Made by a program: the position numbers and the translations under genes. 64,000 bases of DNA, from positions 32,001 through 96,000 of the forward strand of contig CAWHOE010000053.1 of the NCBI GenBank assembly GCA_963830915.1, in the 5' to 3' direction. The stretch is from a candidate division FCPU426 bacterium (lineage in GTDB: Bacteria; Oederibacteriota; Muellerivitia; Muellerivitales; Muellerivitaceae). The notes beneath the pieces are model-generated. The model ran no database searches. It saw nothing but the letters and a program-made list of their open reading frames with translations, and had not been told where the DNA came from. Positions 20,234 through 30,200 of the stretch are shown in pieces (position 1 is the first letter of the stretch; each line of letters starts with the position of its first letter).

Positions 20234-21370
20234 ATGAAGAGGCCGTCCTTGAAGAAACGTAAAATATCCGCCCCTAAGAAAAATAAATCGTTACCAGCCA
20301 AGAAAAACCTGGAAAGACTGATCCTTCGACAAGAGTTGGAAATGTTCCACCGAATCATCGAAGGCATGAGGGCCGAGCTTTCCTATGTGGATTTATTGAA
20401 ACTAACCGTCACCTGCGTCTGTAAAGGGTTGGGTTATGACCGAGCCGGAATCTTCCTGGTCTCACCCGATGGCCGTACAATTGGACGGGCTATCGGCGTG
20501 GATGCCCATGGTCGTTTTGAAGTCGGGCACGATTATGAGGACCCCATTCTGGATAAAAAAGGGTTCAGCATCTTTTCCGACCTGGTCTTCGGTTACCGAA
20601 AGTTCTTCTACACTAGCAATATCCTGGAAAAATTTCCCGATGTGGCTGGCAAAGTGGACCAAGGTGTGACTTGCAACGCCAACGTACCTATTTCGGTGGG
20701 TCCCAAACGCAACATCGGCGTGCTGGCGGTGGATAATCTCTTTTCCCAACGCCGGTTGAAACGCGACGATATCACTTCACTGGCCAACTTCGCCACCCAA
20801 GCCGGTATGGCCATCGAGACCATTCGCCTCCATGAGCAAGTACGCCAACTCTCGATGACCGACGAGCTGACCCGGTTATATAACCGCCGATACTTTGAAA
20901 AATTCATCGAGGATGAGCTGGCACGGTCCCGTCGCTACAAGCATCCCTGCGGTCTTCTTTACCTGGATCTTGATCATTTCAAGGAAGTGAATGACCGTTT
21001 TGGGCATCCGGCTGGGGACGAACTGCTCAAATACATCGCCCAGTTCTTGCGCAACGAATTACGCTCGATCGACGTGGTGGCTCGATTGGGTGGCGACGAA
21101 TTCGGTGTCATTTTGCCTGAAACTCCCGCCTCCGAGGCCCGCGGTGTGGCCCAAAGACTTCAGCAAAAGTTCCTCAAAAAAGAGATCCCGGTCGAGAAAA
21201 TATCCGCGGTCTCCCATCCTGTCACCTTGAGCATCGGGGTCGCCTGTTTTCCCGACAGCGCCGACAAAGCGGAAGATCTGATCAAATTAGCGGACCGGAG
21301 CTTGTACGAGGCCAAGAACGGTGGTCGAAACCAAGTTGGACCTTTTATCAAGACTGGAAAAAGAAAATAA
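20234..21370 (+). CDS. GAF + GGDEF diguanylate cyclase
   Basis: GAF region (DRAGIFL, GVLAVDN), TDELTRLYNRR, DLDHFK.VND, RSID I-site, GGDEF. Start chosen at ATG 20234 (the ORF track begins at 20180). Confidence 0.93.
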   Translation: MKRPSLKKRKISAPKKNKSLPAKKNLERLILRQELEMFHRIIEGMRAELSYVDLLKLTVTCVCKGLGYDRAGIFLVSPDGRTIGRAIGVDAHGRFEVGHDYEDPILDKKGFSIFSDLVFGYRKFFYTSNILEKFPDVAGKVDQGVTCNANVPISVGPKRNIGVLAVDNLFSQRRLKRDDITSLANFATQAGMAIETIRLHEQVRQLSMTDELTRLYNRRYFEKFIEDELARSRRYKHPCGLLYLDLDHFKEVNDRFGHPAGDELLKYIAQFLRNELRSIDVVARLGGDEFGVILPETPASEARGVAQRLQQKFLKKEIPVEKISAVSHPVTLSIGVACFPDSADKAEDLIKLADRSLYEAKNGGRNQVGPFIKTGKRK

Positions 21371-21397
21371 ATCTTTCCAAGTTTTTGGGTTTTTTAT

Positions 21398-21967
21398 TTA
21401 TTTCTTATCCTTCGACATCCTCCACTTATAAGGCCCAAGGATTTCATTTAAAAGTTCAGTCTTAGGTCCATCCAACCATAGGGCCCCGCAGGCCTCGCAA
21501 AGATCCACGCTCACCTTCGCCAACACATTCTCTTTCATGCGTTTTTTGCAAAATGGGCAGATCAAAAAAGGTGGTTTTTGCCGAGGCTCAAAAAACTGCG
21601 GTCTTTTATATCCCCGTTCCTCCAGACCAATCATGATCTCCTTGGGCCCAAAAGCTTGTATCTTCATCATAATTTCCCGTTTGATCCCCATTCCTTTGCA
21701 CTCGGCACAATGCGCCACCGCTAGTCCAGAGATTGCCGCATCATAGATCGGTAATTTGCATATGGGACAAACCGGTTTATCACCTACCGCACTGGCCAAT
21801 TTGGTCCCCCCCAAGACAAACCGACACTGGGGGCAACTAATTTCCGCTCCGGTTAAAGAGATATCACATCGCGGACAAGCCTTATGTGAGTGCACTGGTC
21901 TTTTGACCTTTTTATCGAATTGATGAGGGAGCAAACACAGGGATGAATCTATCTTCCCCCACCCCAA
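21398..21967 (-). CDS. Zinc-ribbon (zf-TFIIB-like) repeat protein
   Basis: Six CxxC pairs; CPFCKKRM...VDLCEACGALWLD. Confidence 0.65.
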   Translation of the reverse strand: MGWGKIDSSLCLLPHQFDKKVKRPVHSHKACPRCDISLTGAEISCPQCRFVLGGTKLASAVGDKPVCPICKLPIYDAAISGLAVAHCAECKGMGIKREIMMKIQAFGPKEIMIGLEERGYKRPQFFEPRQKPPFLICPFCKKRMKENVLAKVSVDLCEACGALWLDGPKTELLNEILGPYKWRMSKDKK

Positions 21968-22000
21968 TGGGGAAATAAATGGAATTATTATTCTGAAAAT

Positions 22001-23398
22001 TTATGGAGTGGACTTCGTAGTAGCCGAAGTTTCCACAGGAGGGTCAGCGACCAAATGGGCCAGATAGGCCTGTAAATCCCGGATCTCCTCCGGCGTTCCT
22101 GACAAAGGCGGCATGTATTTACGGTAGGGAGAGGTTTCTTTCGCCTCATGGAGCATTTGAAGGATATTCCCGATTGATTTCTCGTCCCGTCCTCTTAATA
22201 GGCGGGTCATTCCCCGGTAACCGCTCAGGGTATGACAGGGCAAACATTGTCCCAGAAAAAACCTTTGGCCCATCTTCAACGGATCCGCTGGCCCACCGTT
22301 GACTCCAGGCGCCACCCAAAGGCTATTTGTCATGAACCCGTTTTCATTGAAACCTTCCAACTGATATTTTCGGATGCCGTTGGAATACATGAAATTACCG
22401 ATGACATAGGGTTTGCGCAGCATCTCCCTGGCACTTTCGGTGGAACCCATGGCCATGAAACCCAGGAAAAAAATCGCCAAAGCGTAACCCAGATTGAACG
22501 ACTTGGGGCTGAGGAAAGCCAAAAAGTAAACCACCCCGGCAACCGTGGCGGTAGTCAAAAGGGTCACTAAGGCCATTCGGGTCACCTGGGTAAAAGCGCC
22601 CGCCCCGATAGTGGATATCCCAAAACTCAATAATTCCCGTTGGGCCGCAGGCACCATCCAAAGATACCAAGCAAAGAAGAAAGGCATCAGTATATAAGCA
22701 GGGATAACCCATTTGGCCGCCCATCGGATCATGGTGACCTTAGTCTCCCCTTCCCGATGACCATCCAAACGGCTGAAGAAAACCAAAGCGTAAATACCAG
22801 CCAATGACATACAAACCAATGTCCGCAACATCAGACTGGGCCAATAGGTTGGGTTAAAAAACGCATCGAAGAATTTCGACGCTTCGTTGCCGGTTCCGGC
22901 CACCGAAAGCCAGCCCGCGCCCGGGGTTAACATGAATGTCAGGATACCGTTGATGATGACCAATGTGACATAAGAAGTGCCGGCGTAAAGATAAGCGATC
23001 TTCAGATGGAGTTTCTCAGGGATCCGATCCCAGGTGTAGTAATAGGCCGCGGCCAGGGTGAGTTCGACGATGAAAACCACCCATTCCATGGCCCATCCGA
23101 AAACGAAATTATGGATCAATGTGCTGGTTCCCTCGGGACTTGCCAATCCAATGGCGAACCAAATAGCGACACCGGTCATCGCCCCCACTACACCGGTGAG
23201 GATCAAAAAGAACTTTGAATACCCCTTCAGCTTGACGAGCCAATCCTTTCGACCCTCTTTCAAGGCCTTGTGCTCGGTCATGGCCAAAAAAAGCCCTCCA
23301 CCGATGGCGAAATGGGAGATATACACGTGGATGATCGCGATGATGCCAATAACCCAACCCGATCCGATCAGGGGCACGTACCAAACAGGATAATTCAT
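22001..23398 (-). CDS. Cytochrome bd subunit I (CydA)-like oxidoreductase fused to a C-terminal monoheme cytochrome c
   Basis: HVYISHFAIGG, WAMEWVVFIVE, FFNPTYWPS, ESAREMLRKPY; C-terminal CLPCH with distal YMPP; no long Q-loop. Confidence 0.85.
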   Translation of the reverse strand: MNYPVWYVPLIGSGWVIGIIAIIHVYISHFAIGGGLFLAMTEHKALKEGRKDWLVKLKGYSKFFLILTGVVGAMTGVAIWFAIGLASPEGTSTLIHNFVFGWAMEWVVFIVELTLAAAYYYTWDRIPEKLHLKIAYLYAGTSYVTLVIINGILTFMLTPGAGWLSVAGTGNEASKFFDAFFNPTYWPSLMLRTLVCMSLAGIYALVFFSRLDGHREGETKVTMIRWAAKWVIPAYILMPFFFAWYLWMVPAAQRELLSFGISTIGAGAFTQVTRMALVTLLTTATVAGVVYFLAFLSPKSFNLGYALAIFFLGFMAMGSTESAREMLRKPYVIGNFMYSNGIRKYQLEGFNENGFMTNSLWVAPGVNGGPADPLKMGQRFFLGQCLPCHTLSGYRGMTRLLRGRDEKSIGNILQMLHEAKETSPYRKYMPPLSGTPEEIRDLQAYLAHLVADPPVETSATTKSTP

Positions 23399-23411
23399 GG
23401 GACTTTCCTCG

Positions 23412-24536
23412 CTATTTGATTAAGCCGGCGTAACCCCACAGTGTGGTCACGACCAGGATCAGTAACGCCAATAAACCGAAGTAAGTAGCTCGACGGGCCT
23501 TAATACCATTTTCCCGGTTGTTGTCATAAAGAGGGACCAATGCCCACATCACCAAGCCTAAGGTAAAGAACGACAAACCCAGGAACTCCCCAAAACCTCC
23601 GGCGAACCATTGGCCAAAAATTTTCAGTACTTGGAATGAGCTCATGAAATACCATTCTGGATGGATGTCCATAGGAGCTGGTTTTAAGGCATCCGCCTGT
23701 TCGCCCAACCCCCAGGGATAAACGGCCGCTAAAAACCCGAGGACATTCAGCGTCACCAGCCACATTCCCAGGTCCCTCAATGCAAAATTAGGAAAAAAAG
23801 GAATGGTTTTCCTTTCAGCCTCCGGCTTGGTCTCCTCCGATTCAGGAAGGGACATCCCATGTTTCTGCACCATCGCCAAATGGAAAAGAAGGGTGGGTAC
23901 GAAGATGGCCGGCAATACGACTACATGCAAGGCAAAGAAACGGGAAACGGTGTAAGAACTGATCTCCACCCCGCCGCGTACCAGGTTAGCGACCCATTGT
24001 CCGACCACGGGAATGAAAGCGGGGATACTCAATCCAACTTTGGTTGCGAAAAAGGACAGTACATCCATGGGTAAAAGATATCCGCTAAAACCAAAGATCA
24101 TCGCCAGCACTAAAAGTCCCAGACCGCTCCACCAAGTGAATTCCCGGGGTTTGCGAAAAGCCTTCATAAAGTAGGCCGAGAACATGTGGACAAACGCAGA
24201 TACGATCATCAAATTAGCCGCCCAAGAATGGGTCGAGCGTATCAACCAGCCGAATTTAATGTCATAGGTGATCTTCCGAACTGAGTCATAGGCTTCATCA
24301 CCCGGCCGATAATAGATAAGCAGCAAAACACCGGAAAAGCACATAACGATAAAGAGGAATAGGGTGATGCCTCCCCAGTAGTACCAAAAGGAAAGACGAT
24401 GGTCCGGAACGGTTTTGGAAGCCGCCAGACTTTTGAGGTCGGTCAAGCCTAACCGCTCATCCAACCACCTATAAAAGGGGCTGTTGACTTGGTTCGAGGC
24501 TGTCTTTTTAGGTGCGGCTGATTGTGATTTTGCCAT
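23412..24536 (-). CDS. qcrB: Cytochrome b of a Rieske/cytochrome b complex (unsplit b6 + subunit IV type)
   Basis: WLDERL, GWLIRSTHSWAAN...VHMF, GYLLP, RFFALH...FH, PFFPNF, HPEWYF. Confidence 0.93.
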   Translation of the reverse strand: MAKSQSAAPKKTASNQVNSPFYRWLDERLGLTDLKSLAASKTVPDHRLSFWYYWGGITLFLFIVMCFSGVLLLIYYRPGDEAYDSVRKITYDIKFGWLIRSTHSWAANLMIVSAFVHMFSAYFMKAFRKPREFTWWSGLGLLVLAMIFGFSGYLLPMDVLSFFATKVGLSIPAFIPVVGQWVANLVRGGVEISSYTVSRFFALHVVVLPAIFVPTLLFHLAMVQKHGMSLPESEETKPEAERKTIPFFPNFALRDLGMWLVTLNVLGFLAAVYPWGLGEQADALKPAPMDIHPEWYFMSSFQVLKIFGQWFAGGFGEFLGLSFFTLGLVMWALVPLYDNNRENGIKARRATYFGLLALLILVVTTLWGYAGLIK

Positions 24537-25005
24537 TGTCCTTGCTCACTTTGAATTCGGTCAGCGGCTTAGGCGGCGGACCGGAAATATTCGCCCCAGT
24601 ATTGGCGTCATAAACGCCTCCATGGCAGGGACAATAAATGACCTTTCGATCAGGCAGATAGGACGGGGTACAGCCCAAATGGGTGCAAACCGCGCTCAAA
24701 GCGGTCCAACTATCGTCATCATGATGGATCAACATAGCGGGACTTGAACCGAATTTGAACATCAGGGCCGCGTTCTTGGGAAGGTCAAGAGCGTTATCAA
24801 GGGTGACCTTGGTTACCGCGCCGGCCAGGTCCGATTCTTCCACGGGCGAAGCCAAATAACGGTAGATGGGATAACCTACCGCCCCTGCGTAAACAGCCCC
24901 CAAGGTCCCGATAGTGACCTTCAGAAAGGTTCGACGGTCCATGGGTCCCGTCAATCCATCCGGCCCAGTTTCATTCAGGTTATTTTTTTCTTCTGGCTCA
25001 GACAT
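24508..25005 (-). CDS. qcrA: Rieske [2Fe-2S] subunit with Tat anchor
   Basis: DRRTFLK, CTHLGC, CPCHGGVYD, GPPPKPL. Confidence 0.95.
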   Translation of the reverse strand: MSEPEEKNNLNETGPDGLTGPMDRRTFLKVTIGTLGAVYAGAVGYPIYRYLASPVEESDLAGAVTKVTLDNALDLPKNAALMFKFGSSPAMLIHHDDDSWTALSAVCTHLGCTPSYLPDRKVIYCPCHGGVYDANTGANISGPPPKPLTEFKVSKDNGKITISRT

Positions 25006-26116
25006 ACCGTTCCTCCGAGGGTTTAGCGCGGCGCATTACGAGTAAAACCCAGGTCAAAAAACCAAGACCGACGACAAAAAGGAGAAGGAAGAGGCCGACC
25101 ACCAACCAGTTGGTGTTCACGGGGCTGGCCCAAACATCGAAGCCAGCCCGGACCAGGGCGATGTCCCGAACTAGGTCACGCAATATCTCGAAACTAGCGA
25201 TGGCCAGAAAGGCTGGCAAAAAGATGAGCAGGATCCTAGACCAGGACCAGCTCTTCGGGAATACCATCAAACTCAACGCGGCCACCAGGCTGAGGGAAAC
25301 ACATACGGGCCAGATATAAAGCAACGCGTGTCCAAGGCCCGAGGCTTGGAGACCCTGTTGGACGAATTCCGGCTGGGTTTGGAAAGCCCAACAACCCACA
25401 GCGCCCAATCCCAATAAAGCGAGGGAGCCCATCAAGCCGGCCCAAAATCGGATGAAGGACTTCACTTCCTCGTTCAAGGAGGCTTTGGAAGTATAGAAGG
25501 AAGATCCAAGCGATCCGAAAGCCAGTGCCCCGACGATGACCATGGCGAAACGGGGCCAAAGCGTCGGATCCGCGGGAGGCCAATGGGTGCCCGAAACCGT
25601 GGCGTCGTACATGGCTGGCCAGACTTCCGGACGAAGCATCAAGGTAGAGGCGGTGGAATACACATGGCCAACATGGCCCAAAAGGGCCAAGGCGATGATC
25701 CCCCATCCCCACCAGGCTTTGCTTTTTTCGGACAAGGTGGCCATTCGGTACAGTACAAAGTATGCTGCCATGACCGCGAAGACCACGCTGATCCAATAGG
25801 CGCCGATCAGAATGGTGCTTGTATAGATGGCTCTTCCATAAAGCACTTGAACAAAAAGCAGGGGTGGAATGCCCAGGTTGATCACATAGGTCGTCACGAT
25901 CGGCAAACGGTTCACCACTACGCCCGAGGCGAATATCGCCGTTTTATTATTAAACAGATGCCCGAAGAAATTCCAGATCATCGCCAAGACCAATCCGCCG
26001 ATCAATAAGCTCAGGAAGGAGAAGTGAAGGGCCAAAGTCAGATTGTGGAGGACCTTGAAAAGCCATACTGGTGCTGGAAGCGGGATGGGATCGATAGCTG
26101 GAAAGAGAGTCGACAT
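24998..26116 (-). CDS. Polytopic membrane protein, degenerate CydA-like partner subunit
   Basis: About nine TM segments; LTLALHFSF..LLIGG in helix 1, INLGIPPLLFVQVLYG, EILRDLVR near the end; first gene of the respiratory operon. Confidence 0.65.
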   Translation of the reverse strand: MSTLFPAIDPIPLPAPVWLFKVLHNLTLALHFSFLSLLIGGLVLAMIWNFFGHLFNNKTAIFASGVVVNRLPIVTTYVINLGIPPLLFVQVLYGRAIYTSTILIGAYWISVVFAVMAAYFVLYRMATLSEKSKAWWGWGIIALALLGHVGHVYSTASTLMLRPEVWPAMYDATVSGTHWPPADPTLWPRFAMVIVGALAFGSLGSSFYTSKASLNEEVKSFIRFWAGLMGSLALLGLGAVGCWAFQTQPEFVQQGLQASGLGHALLYIWPVCVSLSLVAALSLMVFPKSWSWSRILLIFLPAFLAIASFEILRDLVRDIALVRAGFDVWASPVNTNWLVVGLFLLLFVVGLGFLTWVLLVMRRAKPSEERYV

Positions 26117-26413
26117 GGAACCTTCCTTCTTAGGAAATCAAAGGATCCTGGATTCGCCATTGAACAGAACGTACACGCGTTTAACCATTCATTCTTGCGC
26201 TCATTATATTAATCCCACCTATAGAACCAATCCGTTTTTTGAAATTTGATCAAAAAATATTTTCTTCCACTAAAATATTCTTAGCAAATTCGTTCTCACA
26301 TCAAATTTTCTTTTTATGCCCTGCGTCATGAAGAGAACAAGCATCTCGGGTTATAGTTTTGCATTATCGGGATTGGGGAGCCCCGGTTCATCATCCAGTT
26401 TCAGGAGGCTCCC

Positions 26414-26953
26414 TTGAACTCCGTCCTAGTCGGTTATTTTCCACAAAAATCCAAAAGCGAACCAACCAGCCCTGCGGCGGGCGTGGATGAGATTTGTTGC
26501 GTTCCCGGCTGTCTGACCAATGAGATCGAGGGTTGGGTCAACCATTGGAAGCATAATGACATGTTCCTGTTCAATGACGAAAGTACCGCTTGGGGTCTGG
26601 TACAAGATTCCGAGAAAAAACATTTCGATTTATACGCCTATAAAATGATCCCTTTAGCCATTCGTCCAGGAGACACCGAACCTGCCGTGATCCCGAACCT
26701 TCCCGTCGCGCCCTTAAACACGGATTTTGAGAACCTGGGTTATGACATACAGAGCCGTTCCGACCGAAGCGAGTACCGTTGTTCCCCTCTCCTTTGCAAC
26801 GTCAAACTGGGACTATGTAAAGCGAATCGTCATTGTTTATTGGACGATCGGGACCAAGCCATCGAACTCGCCCAGAAATTCGAACGACGGGGCTGCGAAC
26901 CCGGCCCTTACTTTGTGATGGAAGTCTGGCGCCGGAAACGTCCGGCCAAATAA
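26414..26953 (+). CDS. Cys-rich hypothetical protein
   Basis: SD AGGAGG + TTG; EICCVPGC, WKHN, CSPLLCN, NRHCL, CEPGPY. Confidence 0.7.
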   Translation: MNSVLVGYFPQKSKSEPTSPAAGVDEICCVPGCLTNEIEGWVNHWKHNDMFLFNDESTAWGLVQDSEKKHFDLYAYKMIPLAIRPGDTEPAVIPNLPVAPLNTDFENLGYDIQSRSDRSEYRCSPLLCNVKLGLCKANRHCLLDDRDQAIELAQKFERRGCEPGPYFVMEVWRRKRPAK

Positions 26954-27286
26954 TAATCACACAAATAATTCCTCCCCAGTAGGTCATCTGCCCTTTTTTC
27001 CTAAAGAAACGGTATAAAACCTCCGCTCTATTTTTATTGCTTAAGACATGTTCTACCGATCGGTTTAAACCATCGTCTTTTTTTGGTCTTGTTCATCCGT
27101 GAAAGTGGATGCGTTAAACTAAAATTAAACCAAAAATATTTTTTTAATGCCTCAAGTTGTTCGTTAAAGTTTTTTTCACAAATTCATTGAACTCGGCCTG
27201 CTCTTTAAACATCCGCGGTAAAATCTTACTGACTTCTCCAGTATTGAAGTACTGGAGGGAGGGCTCAATACACTGAGGAAAAAAAC

Positions 27287-30200
27287 GTGGGAATTTCCAT
27301 ATCTAAAAACTATCTCGGTTCTGAAAAACGATTCTTTGATCGATTTTTTTATATTCTTTCTACAATTAGAACAATCCTTCTTTGTCTCTCCGTGGCTTGT
27401 TTATTTTTCCTAACCACGCCCTACTTGGCGCTAGCCGACCCTCCCATGCTTAAAATTTCCGGAAACCAGATCGTCAATGCTAGCACCAGCTGTACGGTCC
27501 GTTTAAGAGGCGTTAATGTCTCCGGACTGGAGCATGGAGTCGACAACGCCGCGGTGGGCGGGGTAACGGCCACGGCCGCCTATTGCATCTCCAATTGGAA
27601 ATGCAACTATATCCGTCTGCCTTTGGACCAAGACCGTTGGTTTTTCTTTCCGTATAGTTACCGAACGCTGGTGGATTCGGTCGTCAATCTTTGCTCAGCG
27701 AATAATTGCTATGTCATCTTGGATCTTCATTGGTCTGGCACAGCTTCGGCCGCATCCACTCCTCCTTATGGTACTGGTTGGGGTACGGCCACCGCAGTCA
27801 ACAACAATGGAAATGTGCTCGATATGCCCGATTCGAATTCCACCACTTTTTGGAGCGATGTGGCCAATCGTTATAAGAACAACCCAGCCGTACTTTTCGA
27901 CCTCTATAACGAACCTCACGATGTCTCTGCCGGGGTTTGGAAGACCGGAGGAAGTGGAAATTTCGGATACACACCTGGTTTTCAAAACCTATTAACCTCA
28001 GTCAGGGCAACGGGTGCCAATAACATTTGCATCGTAGGGGGACTCCAGTGGGCTTATGATTTCACAGGTTTATTGCCCGGGAGCGCCCTCACTGATACAG
28101 GGAACGGCGTCTTGTACGATGGACACATTTATGCCAGCAAGGGGGAAAGCACCGCCTCCTGGGACGCTTACATCACGAATTTCGCCAACAATTACGCCTT
28201 CATGATAGGGGAATTCGGACCAGGACCAAGTTCCGGCTCCATGAGCGATGGAGGAACATTCGATAATGTGTTCATTCCTTGGGCCAATGGTTCGAACCAA
28301 CGCAGTTATGTTTACAGCGCTACCGCCTGGTCCATGGATGTCGCTCCTGATGATCCCCCCTTGCTCACCAGCTGGACAGGTTTTGCACCCACCTCTTACC
28401 ACGGCACACAGGTCATGAATTGGCTGGCAACGGCCAATACGAGCTGCGCTCCAGCCTTGGGCGGCCCCACCTATACCCCCACCCCCGTTCCCACTCAAGG
28501 TAACTGCTTCATGCTTTCCGATCTAGAGAATGGTTCCAAGACCACTCCCTACGCGGTCAACGCCCTCAACGGAAAATGGTTCACCTTCCGCTGGACCACC
28601 GATGGTAACGGCAATCCCCTGACCCCGACCCATTCCACCGTCATGTGTCCCGATACTCAGTCCGCTTGCCCGGCTATTTTGGATAACACCACCAGCGTCT
28701 CTCCCGGGTCCTATTCGGCATACGTCTCCGGCAGCTATGACTTGAATGGCACTTCCACGCCGGCCACCTACTCGGGCTTCGGCCTGGCGACGGAGTTCCC
28801 TCCCGGCTACACCGACTTAAGCTGGGTCACGAACGTTTCCTTCTATATCAAGACCACGGTCGCCCCTGTTACCCTTCGGTTGCAAGCTAGCAACCCTCAG
28901 ATCAATCAGCAACCGGTTACCTGGAATGGAACGGTTTATCCCGGTGGCGGGAACGGAAACCAGTATGGGTTCAATTTCGTAGTGACCCAACCTAATGTCT
29001 GGACCTATATCACCCGTCCCCTTTCCGCTTTCGAGTGGCAGGATTGGGGCGAGGGAGGCGGATCCAGTCCCATCAACGGTCCCAAAAACAGCAGCGGAAC
29101 TCTGATCACCCAGCCTACGGCCTTTTCTGATGTGCTTTCGTTCCAATGGGAAACTCAAGACGGCCCCACCACAGTCGCCTGGTGGATCGACAATGTCTGC
29201 TTATCTGGCTCACCCTATCCTATTACACCTACTCCTTCGGCTGTCCCTTCCACCTCCACTTTTACCCCGACCCCCACTCCCACCTTTACATCTACTCGCA
29301 CCAACAGTCCCACCAATACCGCCACGTCAACCTACACAAAAACTGGCACTCCTACCCCGACCCCTACTTTCACTGTTCCTCTCACACCAACTCCCACTAA
29401 TACCGCTACGTCGACTTCATCACCTTCCTCAACCGCCACTTCGACCAACACCATGACGCACACGCCGACTTCCACAAGCACATCCACCTCTACCCTGGGA
29501 AATACCAGCACCTACACAATGACCGTAACACCCACATCCACTTTGCAATTCACATCGACCAATAGCTTCACCTCCACTCCGACATCCTCGCCTACCCAAA
29601 CCTCTACGAACAGCCGGACCAACACCACCACCCCCACTTCGACCCCCACTTCGACTAGAACCTCGACATTGACACCGACCCCGTCTAACACTTCCACACC
29701 AACCCCAGCCAATACCAATACATTCACCTCGACCGGAACATCCACCCCTACGTTCCAGTTCTCACCGACCAGCTCTGACACTCCAACCATCACCTTTAGC
29801 CCCACCCTGACCCTCACCCCGACGAATAGTCGGACGTCGACCTCCACCCCGACCTTCTCACCGTCCTCCACGTCCACCTCTACCGCGACTTACACATCTA
29901 CCCCGGTTGATACTTCCACTCCCACTTCCACGTCTACATTCACGCGGACAGGGACACCGACCTCTACATCTTCCCTCACTCCGACCCGGTCCTCCACAAT
30001 GACAGCCACCTGGACCCTTTCCGCCACATCGACCGGCACGGCCACCCCTACCCTTAGCCCTACCTTGACCCTTTCCCCCACTTCGACCTATTCCCCTACC
30101 AACACTTTCACCCTGACATTCACATCGACCTCAACCCTCAGCCCCACCTATACTTCAACTCCGACCCATACCTTCACCTACACGCCGACTTTGTCTCCTA

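Noticed and set aside
26235..26257. TTTTTTGA-N7-TCAAAAAA upstream of the respiratory operon as an FNR box
   Set aside because: Spacing is one base off the TTGAT-N4-ATCAA consensus and the region is AT-rich, so chance is likely.
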